Source of the DNA: Selaginella moellendorffii
Lineage: Eukaryota; Plantae; Lycopodiophyta
Assembly (NCBI RefSeq): GCF_000143415.4
Contig: NW_003314299.1
Coordinates: 1,141,581-1,205,580 of the forward strand
Direction of reading: 5' to 3'
Length of the DNA: 64,000 nucleotides
Shown: one piece after another, positions 31,401 to 44,364 of the stretch
How positions within the stretch are numbered: the stretch's first letter is position 1
Layout: each line of letters begins with the position of its first letter
The notes under the pieces: model-generated
The model's database searches: none
What the model was told of the DNA's origin: nothing
What the model saw: the letters and a program-made list of their open reading frames with translations, nothing else
Position numbers and translations under genes: made by a program

Positions 31401-33469
31401 AGTAAAAGTCCCAAGTGGCATGCTGGGAGGAGGATAACTAGGTCAAGCTTTTGCCAAGAATTGAGCATGCAGATCACAATTTCCATGTCGTGGTATATGT
31501 CTTCCACCTCATCACACAGTTAGAGGTGGCACAGGAGCTGCAGGTGAATTCAATGGCCAGTCTTTACCTAGAGGCTATAATTCCTGCATCTATATGTGCC
31601 TAGAGTGTGCCACACCCAGAGTGGGGTTCATACCCATGGGATTCACTGTTCCATGTTATAGTTTACCACTTCCTATCTAAGCCATCTCCCAAAAGTACTT
31701 GTCAAGAGGGTGTTGGAGGGCAGACTCCAAGTCAAGGCCTAGATGCATGGTCCACTTCTTAAGGTCGAACCACTAGCCACTATCTCTCTTGTACATAAGA
31801 CTTATGATTGAGTGCTTGCATAGATAGTTTCATTTGAAGCTGGCTTAGTCTTCTTTGCAACATGATGTATTTGACTACTTGCTTCAATGCCAAGGGGATG
31901 GGTAGTTTTTGAGTTGAGCTCACAAGCTAAACTAAAGTCAATGAAAGCAAAAAAAAGTCAAAGGAAGTCAATACAATCCCCTAACTAGTAAAAGTTTAAT
32001 GGAACTACTTTAGTTTGTCCAGAACCAAGAATTTTTAACTTGAAATTTAATTGCTTCAACACTAATTAATCTTCTAGTCTAAAAAGAAAGAAAATTATCT
32101 ATTAAACAACATAATTAATATTAAAATCAGAACATATTCAATCTTCTTCTATGTCTAAAAAAGTAGAAATGGGTATAGTGGAATGCTCTTTCACTATAGG
32201 CTCATGTTGCATGTAATGTTATGCTATGCATTTAGCATAAACAGGTAAGTGAATGTGAGATACAAATCCCTAAGCCCCAAAGTGGAGCCAAAATGGTGTC
32301 ATGTGGTAGTGGCCGAAGCGAAAGCCAAATGAGCATAACACGTTTGGATTAAAAGTTTAGACTTGAAAAGTCAAGAGGAGTGGAACTCTCAACAAAGTAC
32401 TCAAGGAACGAGCACGAAATAAGCAATAAGTGAGTCTCTAGAAAAGGGACACAAAAGGACCAAAACATGACACATGGAAGTGTCAAGATGGACCTAAGAT
32501 GGAGTCCGAAATAAAATCGAGATTGAAACCGAAACTGAGACTGAGTTCAAGTCTAGGATTGAATCCAAGTCTAAATCTAAATTCAAGTCTGAGTCCGAGT
32601 CTGAATACTAATACAGGTTGTTGGGTGAAAGCCCAAAGCTATCTATTCGGGGGGGGGGGGGTGCTGTAGGGGGTTCCAAAAGTATAGTAGGAAGAGTGTG
32701 GGGGTTGAACTTCAATGGAGCCAGTTTGGCTAGGAAAGTCTAGTGTGACCCAGAAAGGTTATGCTAGCCATGTGTTGGGTGATGATATATCCACTTAGGA
32801 GTCTAAGGCTAAAATAAATACGGATTGACAAGTGGGATAGCTTGGTGAAGTATTCAAGAGCTGACTTTAGTTCCTCTGGGAGATTAAATAGTCAATGCTC
32901 CCAGTCCAAGTGTGGGTGGCACTACCTACTTGAATATCTAGCGTGGCTCAACGAAACCTCGCTCTAGCTCTATGGCTAGAGCACCCAAATGCAAAAAGTG
33001 GGAAGAGTATCCATAAGGCTTGTGTTTCAAAATCTTGTCCCAAAGTCTCGGATTATGGACAGAAAGATAAGCAGTTCTTTAATATAGTGACCAAGGATAC
33101 AATCACATGGGAAGAGTGTGAACTATACTTGAGCTCACAAGTTGAAAAGTTGAGCTCATGAGTTGAGTTGAAATTTCTATTGTAGTTTAATACAAATATT
33201 AAAAACTTTAAAATATTTAAGAGATTGAGAGATTGAGCATGGAGCGCACAAGTGGGAGAGATCAATTGCAGGAGAGTGTAGGAGATGGAGTGTGTTAGTG
33301 TGAACATGAGTTGAGATTGAGAATGAGAGAGTGAGATAGTGCAAGAAATCTAGAACGATCGAGAGATCGAGAACGAAAGATGCCACCAAGGGTGAGTTTC
33401 GATTTGATTGCTTCCACTTCCATTTTTTTTCTTCTTGCTTCTTTCTTGATTGCTTCTTCAGGGCTCGCC

Positions 33470-33877
33470 ACCTCAAGCACTTTGGCCGCCCAAGGGGCCA
33501 AGGTTATTTGAATAACCTTGGCCCTTTGGGTAGCCAAAGTGCCCGAGGTCAAGCTTGGGCTGGCCACCTCAAGCACTTTGGCTGCTCAAATAACCTTGGC
33601 CCCTCGGGTAGCTAAAGTGCCCGAGGTCGAGCTCGAGCGAGTCATCTTGAGCACTTTGCTCGCCCGAGGGGCTGAGGTTATTTGAATAACCTCAACCCCT
33701 TGGGCAACCAAAGTGCCTAAGGTCGAGCTCGAGCTAGCCACCTCATGCACTTTGGCTACTTGAGGGGCTGAGGTTATTAACCTCGGCCCCTCAGGCAGCC
33801 AAAGTGCTCAAGGTCGAGCTTAAGCAGACCACCTCGGGCACTTTGGCCCCTCGGGTAGCCAAAGTGTTTGAGGTGGG
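33470..33877. repeat. Tandem array of about 5 internally palindromic units (~80-95 bp)
   Basis: Unit: acctc..gcactttggc..cc.aggggc..aggttatt-tg-aataacct..gcccct.gg..gccaaagtgc..gaggt, joined by (t)cgagctcgag-like linkers. Confidence 0.9.
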
Positions 33878-34096
33878 GTTTGATTTTTTTTTTTTTCTTT
33901 GACTGTTTGAATTTTTTATTATCTTTATTTAGTTTGACTACAAAAAAAAAAATTCTTTCAGAAAAGGAAATGTACCACATAAAAAGGTTGTTAGAGCCAA
34001 GAAGACATAAGAAGTTTAATTTGGCACTGACGATGACATTACAATCGATATGTTCATTGGCACATCAACAAAGACACATTTACTTAGAAATCCATC

Positions 34097-34280
34097 GCCT
34101 CCACCACCATCACCTCCGCCATTACCACTTCCACCACCTCTATCGCACCTCCACCAGCACCATCACCACCTCCACCACCACCATCGCCACTACCACCACC
34201 ACTGCCACTATTGCCTCTGCCCCGGCTGCCACCACCACCATTGCCACCTCTACCACTACTCCTCATTAGCCCACCACCAA
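34097..34280. repeat. Imperfect (CCA)n low-complexity tract
   Basis: ccaccaccatcacctccgcc... seen directly; it explains the Pro/His/Thr-rich ORFs. Confidence 0.85.
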
Positions 34281-34839
34281 CACAAATCCCTAAAGTTGGG
34301 CAATTTAGTGGTGTTCATGATATGGAACCTAAGGAACAACTTGGAGCTAAAAGAGTTGCAAACCTTCCTGACAATATAGTGGACAAGTGCTTCTAATAGA
34401 TTGTTATGCGGACAAGGGAAAAAGTAGTTCACCAAACACTTGAGGTGCTCAATTGGCCAAACCCTTGTGACTTGATCAAAGAAATCCCCTTTTGCCGTTT
34501 GCACCAAACAAACTTTGTCTGCATAGCATCCAAGTATGTCAACCCAGACATATATAGCTTGTTCAAACAGAATGGCCTTGCGATGAATATCGGTATGTTT
34601 CTAGTCTCTTTTTGTAAGCCAGGAAGAATGAAGATCATTACTATCACACTTGAGATTGTGAATAGCTGGGATCCTATTTGGAGGAGAAAGTCCAATTAAG
34701 GATCTTGTTTAGCATCAGTCACCAAAGGAGATTAAAATTTTATGCACAAATATCAATAAGATGTTAGAGAAGGGTGTTTTTTGCAAGTTTTAAAATCTTT
34801 GGGCATGTGATCTTGTGATAATCTTCATAGGAATATTCA

Positions 34840-35050
34840 ATTTTGTATTGACTATTATCTATTAAATGATGTGATTATCTTATATATGTACCTTATTCCA
34901 CACACTACTAATCTTTTGGATCATGTAGGGAGAAGTCATTAATTCATCAAGTTAGATCTTGCTTTTAAATACTAATAAATGCCAATAGCAAAAGAGGATA
35001 TTCCTAAAATTGCTTTTTGTACACAATTTAGTATTTGTACGAGTTTTAGT
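34840..35050 (+). mobile_element. Ty3/gypsy reverse transcriptase relic (second, unrelated element)
   Basis: CIDYYLLNDVII..YLIPHTTNLLDHVG..FIKLDLAFKY**MPIAKEDIPKIAFCT resembles CIDYRxLN..YPLPRIDDLLD..FSKLDL..YHQI.I..EDIPKTAF. Confidence 0.65.
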
Positions 35051-35835
35051 AACTTCATTAATGATGACATAATCCACTCAGAGGGAACATGTTTAATCAA
35101 TTATGAGAAGTTGGTTTAAAGCTAAAGTGGTTAAAATGTGATAAAGAGTGAAGACTAACTTTGCTATATAATGCAACTATAAACAACAACGTGTAACAAT
35201 AAGTTAAGTAATAGAAAATAAACTTAAACATATATCAACTATAATAGAGGACCTCTTTTCCTAAAAATAAGCTTAGAAAATAAACACTGGATGAACTTAT
35301 GCTAAATGAACCCTTTGACGGTACTTTAAAAGAAGGATAAAAGAGTCACTAATTTATTCATGTAAGGACTCTTTATTATTTATGAAGAACTATCTGTCAA
35401 GACCTTCTATTGTAATAGCACTAACAGAATATTATTAATGTCAAGGCCTTCACATAGAAAATAAAGCATACAAATTTAAGAGATGTCAACAACACTAATA
35501 TATATGGCAAATCTCATCACATACCCAACAATAAATATCATGGCCATAACCATGTCCTTGCCTTTGTTCTTAGGCAACATCAGTGTCCATCTCTATCAAA
35601 ACAAGAGCATCTCCCATGGGAAATGGAGTTAAAGCACATCCAACTATAAGTGGGAAAGGTGATTTTTTTAGTATTGTGCCAATAAAAGAGTATTGTCAAG
35701 AGTGGTTAGGGCAAATGCATTCATAAGTCCTTTAAGACCTTGATGAATGTTAATCACAATATGCTCAAACTTAATAATATATTTGGCTTTGCATAAAGTA
35801 AAAGGTTTCAAAAGCAAACATCAAATTGCATACTT

Positions 35836-36495
35836 GACATAGACAACCCTTAATAAAGATGATGCAATTGCTAAAATGCATCATTAGAGTTGTTAGCATA
35901 CCTAAATACATACTTGAAGACTTTTAAAAGAAAACTTCAATTCACATAAGTGGCTATATTTAAACCATTTTACCACTGTAGTGTTGCAGTGTTGTTCTTT
36001 AAGACATGTGGGAAACTCATGTAAATACTGGGCATCATCCCAAGAATAATAAATGGTAATTATTGTAAAGTGATAGAACTAATAATATACATTCCTAAGG
36101 AAGAAATTTGGCCAGACACGAGGATTGATAGTAAAAGTAAGAGAAGCTAAATCATGTGTCATAAGCACCACTATCAATTAAATTTAAGTATTCAATTGCA
36201 ACCATATAGTATCAAGTAATTGCACCTATTGTTACTCCAGAGTCAGAGGAAGAGGAGAGGTTGCAAAGGAGGAGTATATTACTTCGCTACTAGATTAAAT
36301 CGAAAGCACAAATCTAAACACTCCTTAAGGATAATCAAAGTTGCCCCCTCACTTCTATCAATGTAAGTATATGAAATATAAAAATATGTATATTTAATTA
36401 GCCCAAAAACCTTAACTTATATATAGGAGTGAGTGTTCTAAATTGAAATCAACCCAATAGCTATTAAAATTTTATTACACTAATAAATACACATA
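35836..36495 (-). mobile_element. Third, diverged LTR copy (probable solo LTR) of the Tat-like family
   Basis: Colinear similarity to 28660-29356: tgatgcaattg.taaaatg, ccaagaat.ataa.tgg, gtaattgcacc, cccaaaaaccttaa..tatatata, tattacactaataa. Confidence 0.65.
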
Positions 36496-37029
36496 ATTTA
36501 CCTTATTAATAGTTCTCTCAATAAAATCAAAAAAAGAAAGAATACTATTGTGAGTATAATCTACATATTCCAATTTAGCTATAATACTAAAGAGAATAAG
36601 AAAGAAAATATAAGAAGGAAGACAAAGATAAAAAATACAATGAGGAAAAACTTAAACCAATCATAGGTTATATACTTATAAATTATAGCCATTGCTAATT
36701 ATAAAATTATAGTCATCTAACATAGATTTAAGGGCCAGCCACGTAAGTGCTGGCTTTTCGAATTCCATGCTTGCCTATTACAACAAGAATAATGAATTTG
36801 GACAAGCTATAAAACCGTTTAATTTGGTGCCCAGCAGAGATCTGCAACCTGGAACTCTGTGCTTATGTAAGTGGAGATCACCACTAAAAGTGGCATCGGC
36901 CCAAGAAGCTCAACCTGGTGAAGAAGTAGAAAGCTTTACTTCCTGGAGTCCTGGCGTCTCAACACCGGCAATTCCTTCTTCGAGACCATGGCGTTGTTGA
37001 TCAAAACAAGCTTGAAGTCGGCCATAAGA

Positions 37030-40000
37030 CTAAGATGGTTGAGGAGATTTTACCTTTGAGCACTCAACGGCCTCAAGCGCAAGCTTCCACTGCTTGTCCA
37101 CAAGCTTCCACCGCGCCACGTCCTTGATGTCACAGCGTCCCACAACTTGCTCAAAGAACAGACCCTTAGGAAGCTCGTAAGGTAGCTTTTCCATTAGACT
37201 GCGGATGGTTGCATCCCTGTTCTGCATCTCTTCTTGCAACCTGGTTACCTTTGCCTCAAAGGCACCTCGTGCGGCGTTGTTGTTGTTTACCGCCATCTTC
37301 TCTGCAAGAGCTTCCACTTTCCTGTCAAAAACACAGTGTCATAATCAAGTTGTGGAGTTCACGCGAGTGTATCACCTGCGATCGTCTTCCTGTTGCGTGA
37401 CGAGCTTGTCCAGCTCACGACGGACAATTGATAAGCCTTCAAACACGAGGCAGACAGACAGTTTCCCATCGATAACACTTATGCCACAGGCGGGAGGAAC
37501 TTCAAAGATTCTTTTCACAACCTGCAAATCACAGTGAGAACACCGACCGGAAAACAGGAGCTTACTTGCCTTCACAGAAGAAAGCTTCGCCAGCGTTGAA
37601 ACTTCCAAAACTTTGGAGTTGAAGAGCCCCGCCCGATCCTCGTCTTCAGTAACAAGGTAACACTCTGGCCTGGCATCCGCATAGCGCGTCAAGAATACAA
37701 TGGGCTACAAAGGACGATGAATGCAAACCTTTGCCTTGGCTTCAGCTCTGCAGCTGCATGAAGACTCCGTGCTGTCTTTACGACGGAGCTTATAAGCTCC
37801 ATCTCCTTCTCAACTTCGTGATTGCTCCACCCCTGAAAGACAAAGGAAAAGAACAACGTTAGGTAGTGTCAAAAGAATCATGGTTTTTACCGGCTTCTCT
37901 GTGGGATAGCTTGCGGTCATAATCGAAGACCGCTCTTCACTCTTGTTCTTGTGAGGTAGCCTCTGCCACAGCTCTTCGGTAATGAACGGCATAAACGGGT
38001 GCAGCATGCGTAATCCCGAATCCAGACAAATATATAGAGTAGACCTCGTAGCAGCTTTACCATCCTCCCCCAGCTCCTCGGAAGATAGAAGCGGCTTCAC
38101 TAGCTCGATAAAGACGTCGCACAGAGAGTATTGCCACCACGAATAAACTGCGCTTGAGGCTCCAGATAAATCATATCTAGCAAAACTCTTGTTGATCTTG
38201 CAGACTATGTCGTTCAAGGAGGACAAAATCCATTTGCAGGACCAGGGAAGCGAGGATATGTCGAGATCTTCCTCTGGCTCAAAGCCGTCATGAAAGTTGA
38301 GTCTCGCAAAACGGACAGCATTCCACAACTTGTTGCACCACTGGCGGTAGCCAAGAAACCGCTGGATGTTCAAGTTCATGTTCTCGGCCTGCAAAAAAGG
38401 ATGGCGTCAAACAACAAGATGCAAGAAAACCATACCTGTGCTGTATAGGCGATAAGTCCAAACCGCAGAGCGTCGACTCCACACTCGGGGATCCCTCGAG
38501 GAAAATCTTTGTGGAGCCCCTCAGTGGCTTGTTTGAGCTCTGACGGTTGCAGGTTGAGCAGAGCTAACTTGGCCACTAAACCATCCAAAGATATCCCGGA
38601 TATCACGTCAAGAGGATCAATCACGTTTCCCAGGGACTTGGACATCTTGCGCTTGTGAGCATCCCTCACCATCCCGTGCAGCAAAACCTGCATACCAACG
38701 TTTCCCATTTGTCCAACAAAAACTGCTAAAACATACCGTTTTGAAAGGAAGCTGGCCGGTCAGCTGTGTCCCCAGCATCACCATCCGCGCCACCCAGAAA
38801 AACAATATATCATGTCCCGTCTCCAAAACTGTTGTGGGATAAAAGGCAGCGTAGTCGGCTGTAGAATCAGGCCATCCAAGCGAGGAGAATGGGAAAAGTC
38901 CCGATGAAAACCACGTATCAAGAACATCGGGGTCATGCTGCAACTTGAACGTAGCACCCGGAAATCTTTGCTTGATCTCTGCATCTGCAGCCTGTTCGGA
39001 GTCTGCAACCGCCCAGTGATCATCGTAGATTCCAAACGTCTGATCTTCGTCCGCGTCCAATACGGCATACCAGGCGGGTATCCTGTGTCCCCACCAAAGC
39101 TGGCGAGATACACACCAGTCTTCAATATTTTCCAGCCACCTTCACAACGAAACATGACAAATAAGAACGCGCAAAAAGAGAAGGAACTTGCCTGAACCAG
39201 ATGTCTGCAAAAGACGACGGAACAATCTGAAGCTCGTTGTTTCTCAAGGCCTCACAGGCTCGCACAGCCATTTCCTTGCAATCCACGTACCACTGAGGCT
39301 TCATCATCGGCTCCAGCACATCGTTTGATCTTGAACAAATGGCAAGAGGCATCTTGTGAGGAAACTTCCCTCGGAAAAGTTTCTGGAATTACCAATTCTT
39401 AGAGTTCATTAAAGTTACCAAAACCAAGCTTTCTTTTACCTTGCGTTCTAAAGCTTCCAAAACTCGTTCCCGAGCAATGTAGCGCTTGAGGCCCTCAAAT
39501 TCATGGCCGCCATTCTCGTTGATCCTTCCATCGTCCGTGAGGATGTTGATAAACTCAAGACCGTGCCTCTTTCCTCTTTCGAAATCCTTTTCATCGTGTG
39601 CCGGAGTAATCTGCAGAAAGAGAATGGCATCACGTAGTATAAGAAAGCACAAACCACATACCTTTACAGCTCCAGTACCTTCATTTATCTTCACTTTCGA
39701 GTCCTGTATGACGGGAATCCTTCTCCCGTTGAACGGATGAGCGAGGAACTTCCCGTGAAGATGTGCAAATCTCGGATCGTCTGGGTGAACAGCAACAGCG
39801 GTGTCTCCAAACATGGTTTCCGGTCGCGTGGTAGCAACCACAATCTCTTCAGAGCTGCCCTCCACCGGATACGCAAAATGAAACATCCAACCAAATGGGA
39901 CTTTCTTGTCATAGCCGGGTACCGACAGCGAGGTAGCCTCAACGTCTCCTGTGTGCTCAACTTCAATGTCCGAGATGGCAGTCTTGAGAAAGCAGTCCCA

Positions 40001-40833
40001 CTTTACTATCCGGTTGGCCCTGGGACAAGAAAAACGTTAGTCTATCACTGAAGTTGATGTACACATACCTGTAAATCAGTCCCGCTTTGTATAACCGCAC
40101 AAAAGCTTCAGTTACAGCGCGTGACCTCTGCAGATCCATTGTGAAGCACTGTCCAGAAGAGCAATTACTTGCGAGATGGTAAACAAGGGAGGGGAAAAAA
40201 AGCTTGTAAACCTCTCGAGACCAATCTAGCGATGCTCCCATTGTCCGGAGTTGAGAACAAATGGCTCCTCCATACTCTGTCTTCCACTCCCAAACTTTCT
40301 TGACAAACGCATCTCTCCCGAGATCATGCCGGGTAAGGTTCTGCGTGGATGCGAGCTTCTTCTCGACCACCACCTGCGTAGCAATCCCTGCATGATCGAC
40401 TCCAGGCAACCACAAAGTCACGCGGCCGCTCATTCGGGAATGCCGGACAAGAGCATCCTAAATCACACACCAACACAAGAGTTACAAAAAATCGATGTTA
40501 CACCAAAACCGGCTATACCTGCACAGACACGGTAAGAGCATGGCCGAGGTGCAAATGCCCCGTCACGTTTGGTGGTGGCAACACCTTCGCAACGAAGAAG
40601 GATGAGAGTTCACTACGAAGAAAAAACGTTTAAATTTCTTCTACCATAACGAATTTTGGCTCAGTGCTGGCCGCATCCGCTCCAAAGAATCCACAGGCCT
40701 CCCACCAAGAATACCAGCTAAAGAAGAAGCGGATGAGATTGCTAAATGACCGAGACACATACCCAGCCTGAACGTCCGCAGGATTGTAGCCCGGCTCCAT
40801 TGTTGGATCCAGGGGCTTTTTTTCCGCCGCCAT
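37030..40833 (-). CDS. Valyl-tRNA synthetase (cytosolic type) with C-terminal F-box-like extension
   Basis: [120 protein letters not shown] found no frameshift when splicing by eye. Confidence 0.92.
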
Positions 40834-40911
40834 TACCCAAAAGGGTATGGATTGATTCCAATGCTGCTGCTGCTGGTGGGCGCGAATGTCGCACGGCGCC
40901 ACCCCAGACGA

Positions 40912-40942
40912 AGAACCCTAATTTCAGGGTTTTAGGGTTTGT
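40912..40942 (-). promoter_or_regulatory. Telo-box cluster upstream of ValRS
   Basis: AACCCTAA and TTTAGGGTTT about 80-110 bp upstream of the ATG; telo-boxes are typical of plant translation-machinery genes. Confidence 0.55.
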
Positions 40943-43900
40943 TTTAGGAGTGTAATTTTATTTTTCCTTTATTTTCTTAAAAACAACCTACACTGGCATT
41001 GGAAGCTTCGTGGAACTCCCAGGATTTCTCCAGTATCTTGGAAATAAATAAGCTGTAATGATTAATTAAATTATGTGATTCTCTTTACCTTTGTTTTCAG
41101 TAAATGCCCTTTGAAACTTGTCATTTTTCTAAATAGTATTTCTCAATTAAAATATTGCTAATATTTTCATTATTGTTTTTTACAAGTAACTAGCATTGAT
41201 ATATTAAAATTTTAAATTCTGAATTAAGAAATATATCAAGATGAATATATAGTTTAACATTTTTTGGTTGAGAAATAAATCACTATCATAAACTGAATCA
41301 AAGTGAAAAAAATTACTTTGATATATTAGTTTGAATTTTTATATTTAACTTTTTGCATTTAAAGATTATAGGTAAGAATTATTTTATACATCAAGATTCA
41401 TCTCTATAAAAATAAATACTTTAAAATAAAATATTTTATAAACAATTTAAAAAATTAATATAATATAATATATTTATTATTTTTAGGTTATATGTAAAAG
41501 ATACTAAAATTAAAGCCTACTTAGGTGAAAGAATATAATAAAAAAACATAATAAAATTTATATTGAATTATTCTAACATATAAATTTTAACAAAATTAAA
41601 ACTTACTGGTAGTACTACAATATTTTAAATCTATTGAAAAAAATTTAAAATTTAAAGTTTCAAACACTTTTAATTTACTTTAAAATTTCTTTTAACAATA
41701 AGTTTTTGAATTTGGTTGTCTAAGTAATTAAAATATTTAATCACATTTTATTTAAATTTAAAATATTTATTGTTTTGAAATTTTTTACTTCCCTCTTGCT
41801 TTTTTCACTGGGTATCTTTAGGAATATAACATTTAAATCTAAACTAGGTGAATTTTATTGAAATAATTATAATATAAAATTCATTTATTTAAAACTTGAA
41901 ATAAATAATATTTTTTGATATACTAAAAAGTATATGTTTAATAATTAAAAAATAATTTAAATTTGTATTTATATAACTATTTAAAATCATAGTATATGAT
42001 CATATTTGTTTTTCATCAAATTTGCTGAATCCTTCACTATATTTTTAAATCTAAGTTTTAATATATATTTAATTGAAAATTTGAACATGTTTGTTTTACT
42101 ATTTAGATTCAGAAAATGATAAGAGAAACATAATTTTATACTTAACATGTTATAAATCTTATAAATAAGTTGATATATATAACTTGTTTATGCTATTTTA
42201 ACACATAATTATTATTTGGTCATTAATTACTACATGTTATTTTTTCTCTTTTTTTTTCAAAACTTTTTATGCTGTCATAAACATTTATTTACTTGTGTAA
42301 GTTTGTATATATATATATATACACACACATGTATTACCTTGACTAGGTAATACATCAATTATAATACTATAGCATATGAATTTTCCATTTAGGATTGCAT
42401 GTAAATAGAGGTCTAAACCCTAATTAATATAACTATTTCTATATCTTGAACACACACATTGATGGAAGTGAGGGGTATTGCAATATATCCCTGAAGGTTT
42501 GGTCTTATTGCTTTAGTGTTTGGGATTGTGCTTTTTATTTTTATTTTTCATTCTCTTTTAGATTTAAATATATTTTAGCCTTTTGCAAGATCTAAAATTT
42601 TAGCTATCACTGTGCTTAGATATGCTCTTTCTTCTAAGCTTTATTACATTCTTTTCTTCTACTATCCTATGCTATCATTAATCAAAGAGTATGTCATTTA
42701 AGGCTATTGATATTACTCTATTAAATTGAGCTTTTGGTGTTATGGGGTGTGATTATAATGGTGTTGCACCCATCTTTGGTGTGTTGTTGTTTCCAACTTT
42801 TATGAGATGTGATTATATAACTTGTTCTATTTTTGGTGTTTTGCTATCTCCTGTTAATATGAAGTGTGATTGTGATATTGATTAGTGAGATATAAATGAT
42901 GCAATCCAGTCTTTAGAGAATGTTTAAAAATTGAGTTTATAAGAAGACAATATTTACTAGCTCAAACAAAGTCTAAATTGTGACAAAAAAATTGATTATT
43001 ATGGAGATAGCTTTGGAGATGAGTTAGAGATTTAGGTAAGTGTCTATCATTTGATCCTTTCACTTTACCTTCTACTTTTTTCTAACCCTTTCTTATTTCC
43101 CGGCTACCTCATTTTTTTAGTGTTCTTTCCTCATTTGCAATATTTTTTTCTCCTGACACATCAATTATTTTTTACTCTTATGATCCTCATTTTTAATCTG
43201 CTGTTGAGTTAAGTGTTTTCTACCCTTCTTATATTAATTTCAATTTTAATATTGAGTATTCCCTCATTCCAATAATTGAGTCACTTTGGCCAAAGTTTTA
43301 AATTGAGTGCTCCCTAGTTGTAAGTGTTATTAAGAACCTTTGTTTTATTATTGTTATTGAAAGGTTTATATGTTCCCTTGAAATTGTGGGCTTTTCTATT
43401 AATGTTTTTGTCATAAGTGTTAAATTGTGTCTTGAGGAGGTTGAAGAGATTGAATGGTGTGAATCCTTTATTTATCTTATGTTAACTAAAGTATTTTATC
43501 ACAGTAAATCTTTGTTCTCCAAGTTTTAAACATATTTTTTTCTTTTCTTTTATTTTAATAATTGTTGAAAATTCCTCTTCTAATACTTCTTCATCCACTT
43601 TTTCTTCTTCTACAATTTTTTTTCCTCCTTTTTTCTTATGATGCTTTAAACCCTTTTTCTTTTTTGGAGGAGGGGGTAGAAGGGATAGAAAGAAGTCCAA
43701 CTCTAATGATAAAGTGAGGACAAATAAATACAATAGTGGAGTGAAAATGAATGATATAGATTGTGAAGTGAAGATAACTATAACGAGTTTGAATAAAATT
43801 TTTAACCTCAACGTAATAAAGTTAAATGGAGTGAAGTTAAATATAAATGGTAGAATGAGGACAAATGCAAAGAGTCCAAATAAAGCCAGTGCTTTAGAAT

Positions 43901-44364
43901 TTTTTTTTTTTCCAAGGAGGGGATTAAAAGGATGTAAAAGACGAATGAAGTGAGTTCAACCTTTTATATATAATGTTAGACGAAGATGACAATCGTGAGT
44001 TTAAGTTAACATAGGTTTCAAATGTTGACCAAAGGGAAGATGCAAAAGCAAATTCTACTTATAGTCATGAGTTCGAGTTAATGGTGGTTTTGGAGGATTG
44101 TTGACAAATAGACTTAGAAATGGGATATATTATTTGCTACAATGGTTCTTTATGAAATATAGTGGCTCTTAAAGTTTTATTTTGGTTCAAAANNNNNNNN
44201 NNNNNNNNNNNNNNNNNNNNNNNNNNNNNNNNNNNNNNNNNNNNNNNNNNNNNNNNNNNNNNNNNNNNNNNNNNNNNNNNNNNNNNNNNNNNCATAGATA
44301 ACTAAAACGAATAAAGAAGAGGATTAATGTGAGGCTGGAAAGGTATTTAAAACGTAGTTTATGT

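Noticed and set aside
33470-33877. CRISPR-like appearance of the palindromic repeat array
   Set aside because: Eukaryotic context, no unique spacers, units too long and degenerate, no cas genes.
33868-34396. Pro/His/Thr-rich extensin-like ORFs
   Set aside because: Product of an imperfect (CCA)n tract; no signal peptide or gene structure.
34330-34700. Possible hAT (ZNF862-like) transposase relic (FA..FVC..QVCQ.DIYSL)
   Set aside because: Needs several frameshifts; too weak without a search.
35500-35650. Possible integrase relic on the minus strand (LPKNKGKDMVM)
   Set aside because: Only a short partial motif.
36150-36200. LIDSGA protease-like motif on the minus strand
   Set aside because: Lies inside the LTR-like repeat; likely chance.
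36733-36753. GC hairpin GCCAGC..GCTGGC at the TE-island edge as a Helitron end
   Set aside because: No CTRR follows it.
41000-44190. AT-rich block, possibly a decayed TE
   Set aside because: No diagnostic domain or termini could be read; the same holds for 29400-33400 and 47200-48250.
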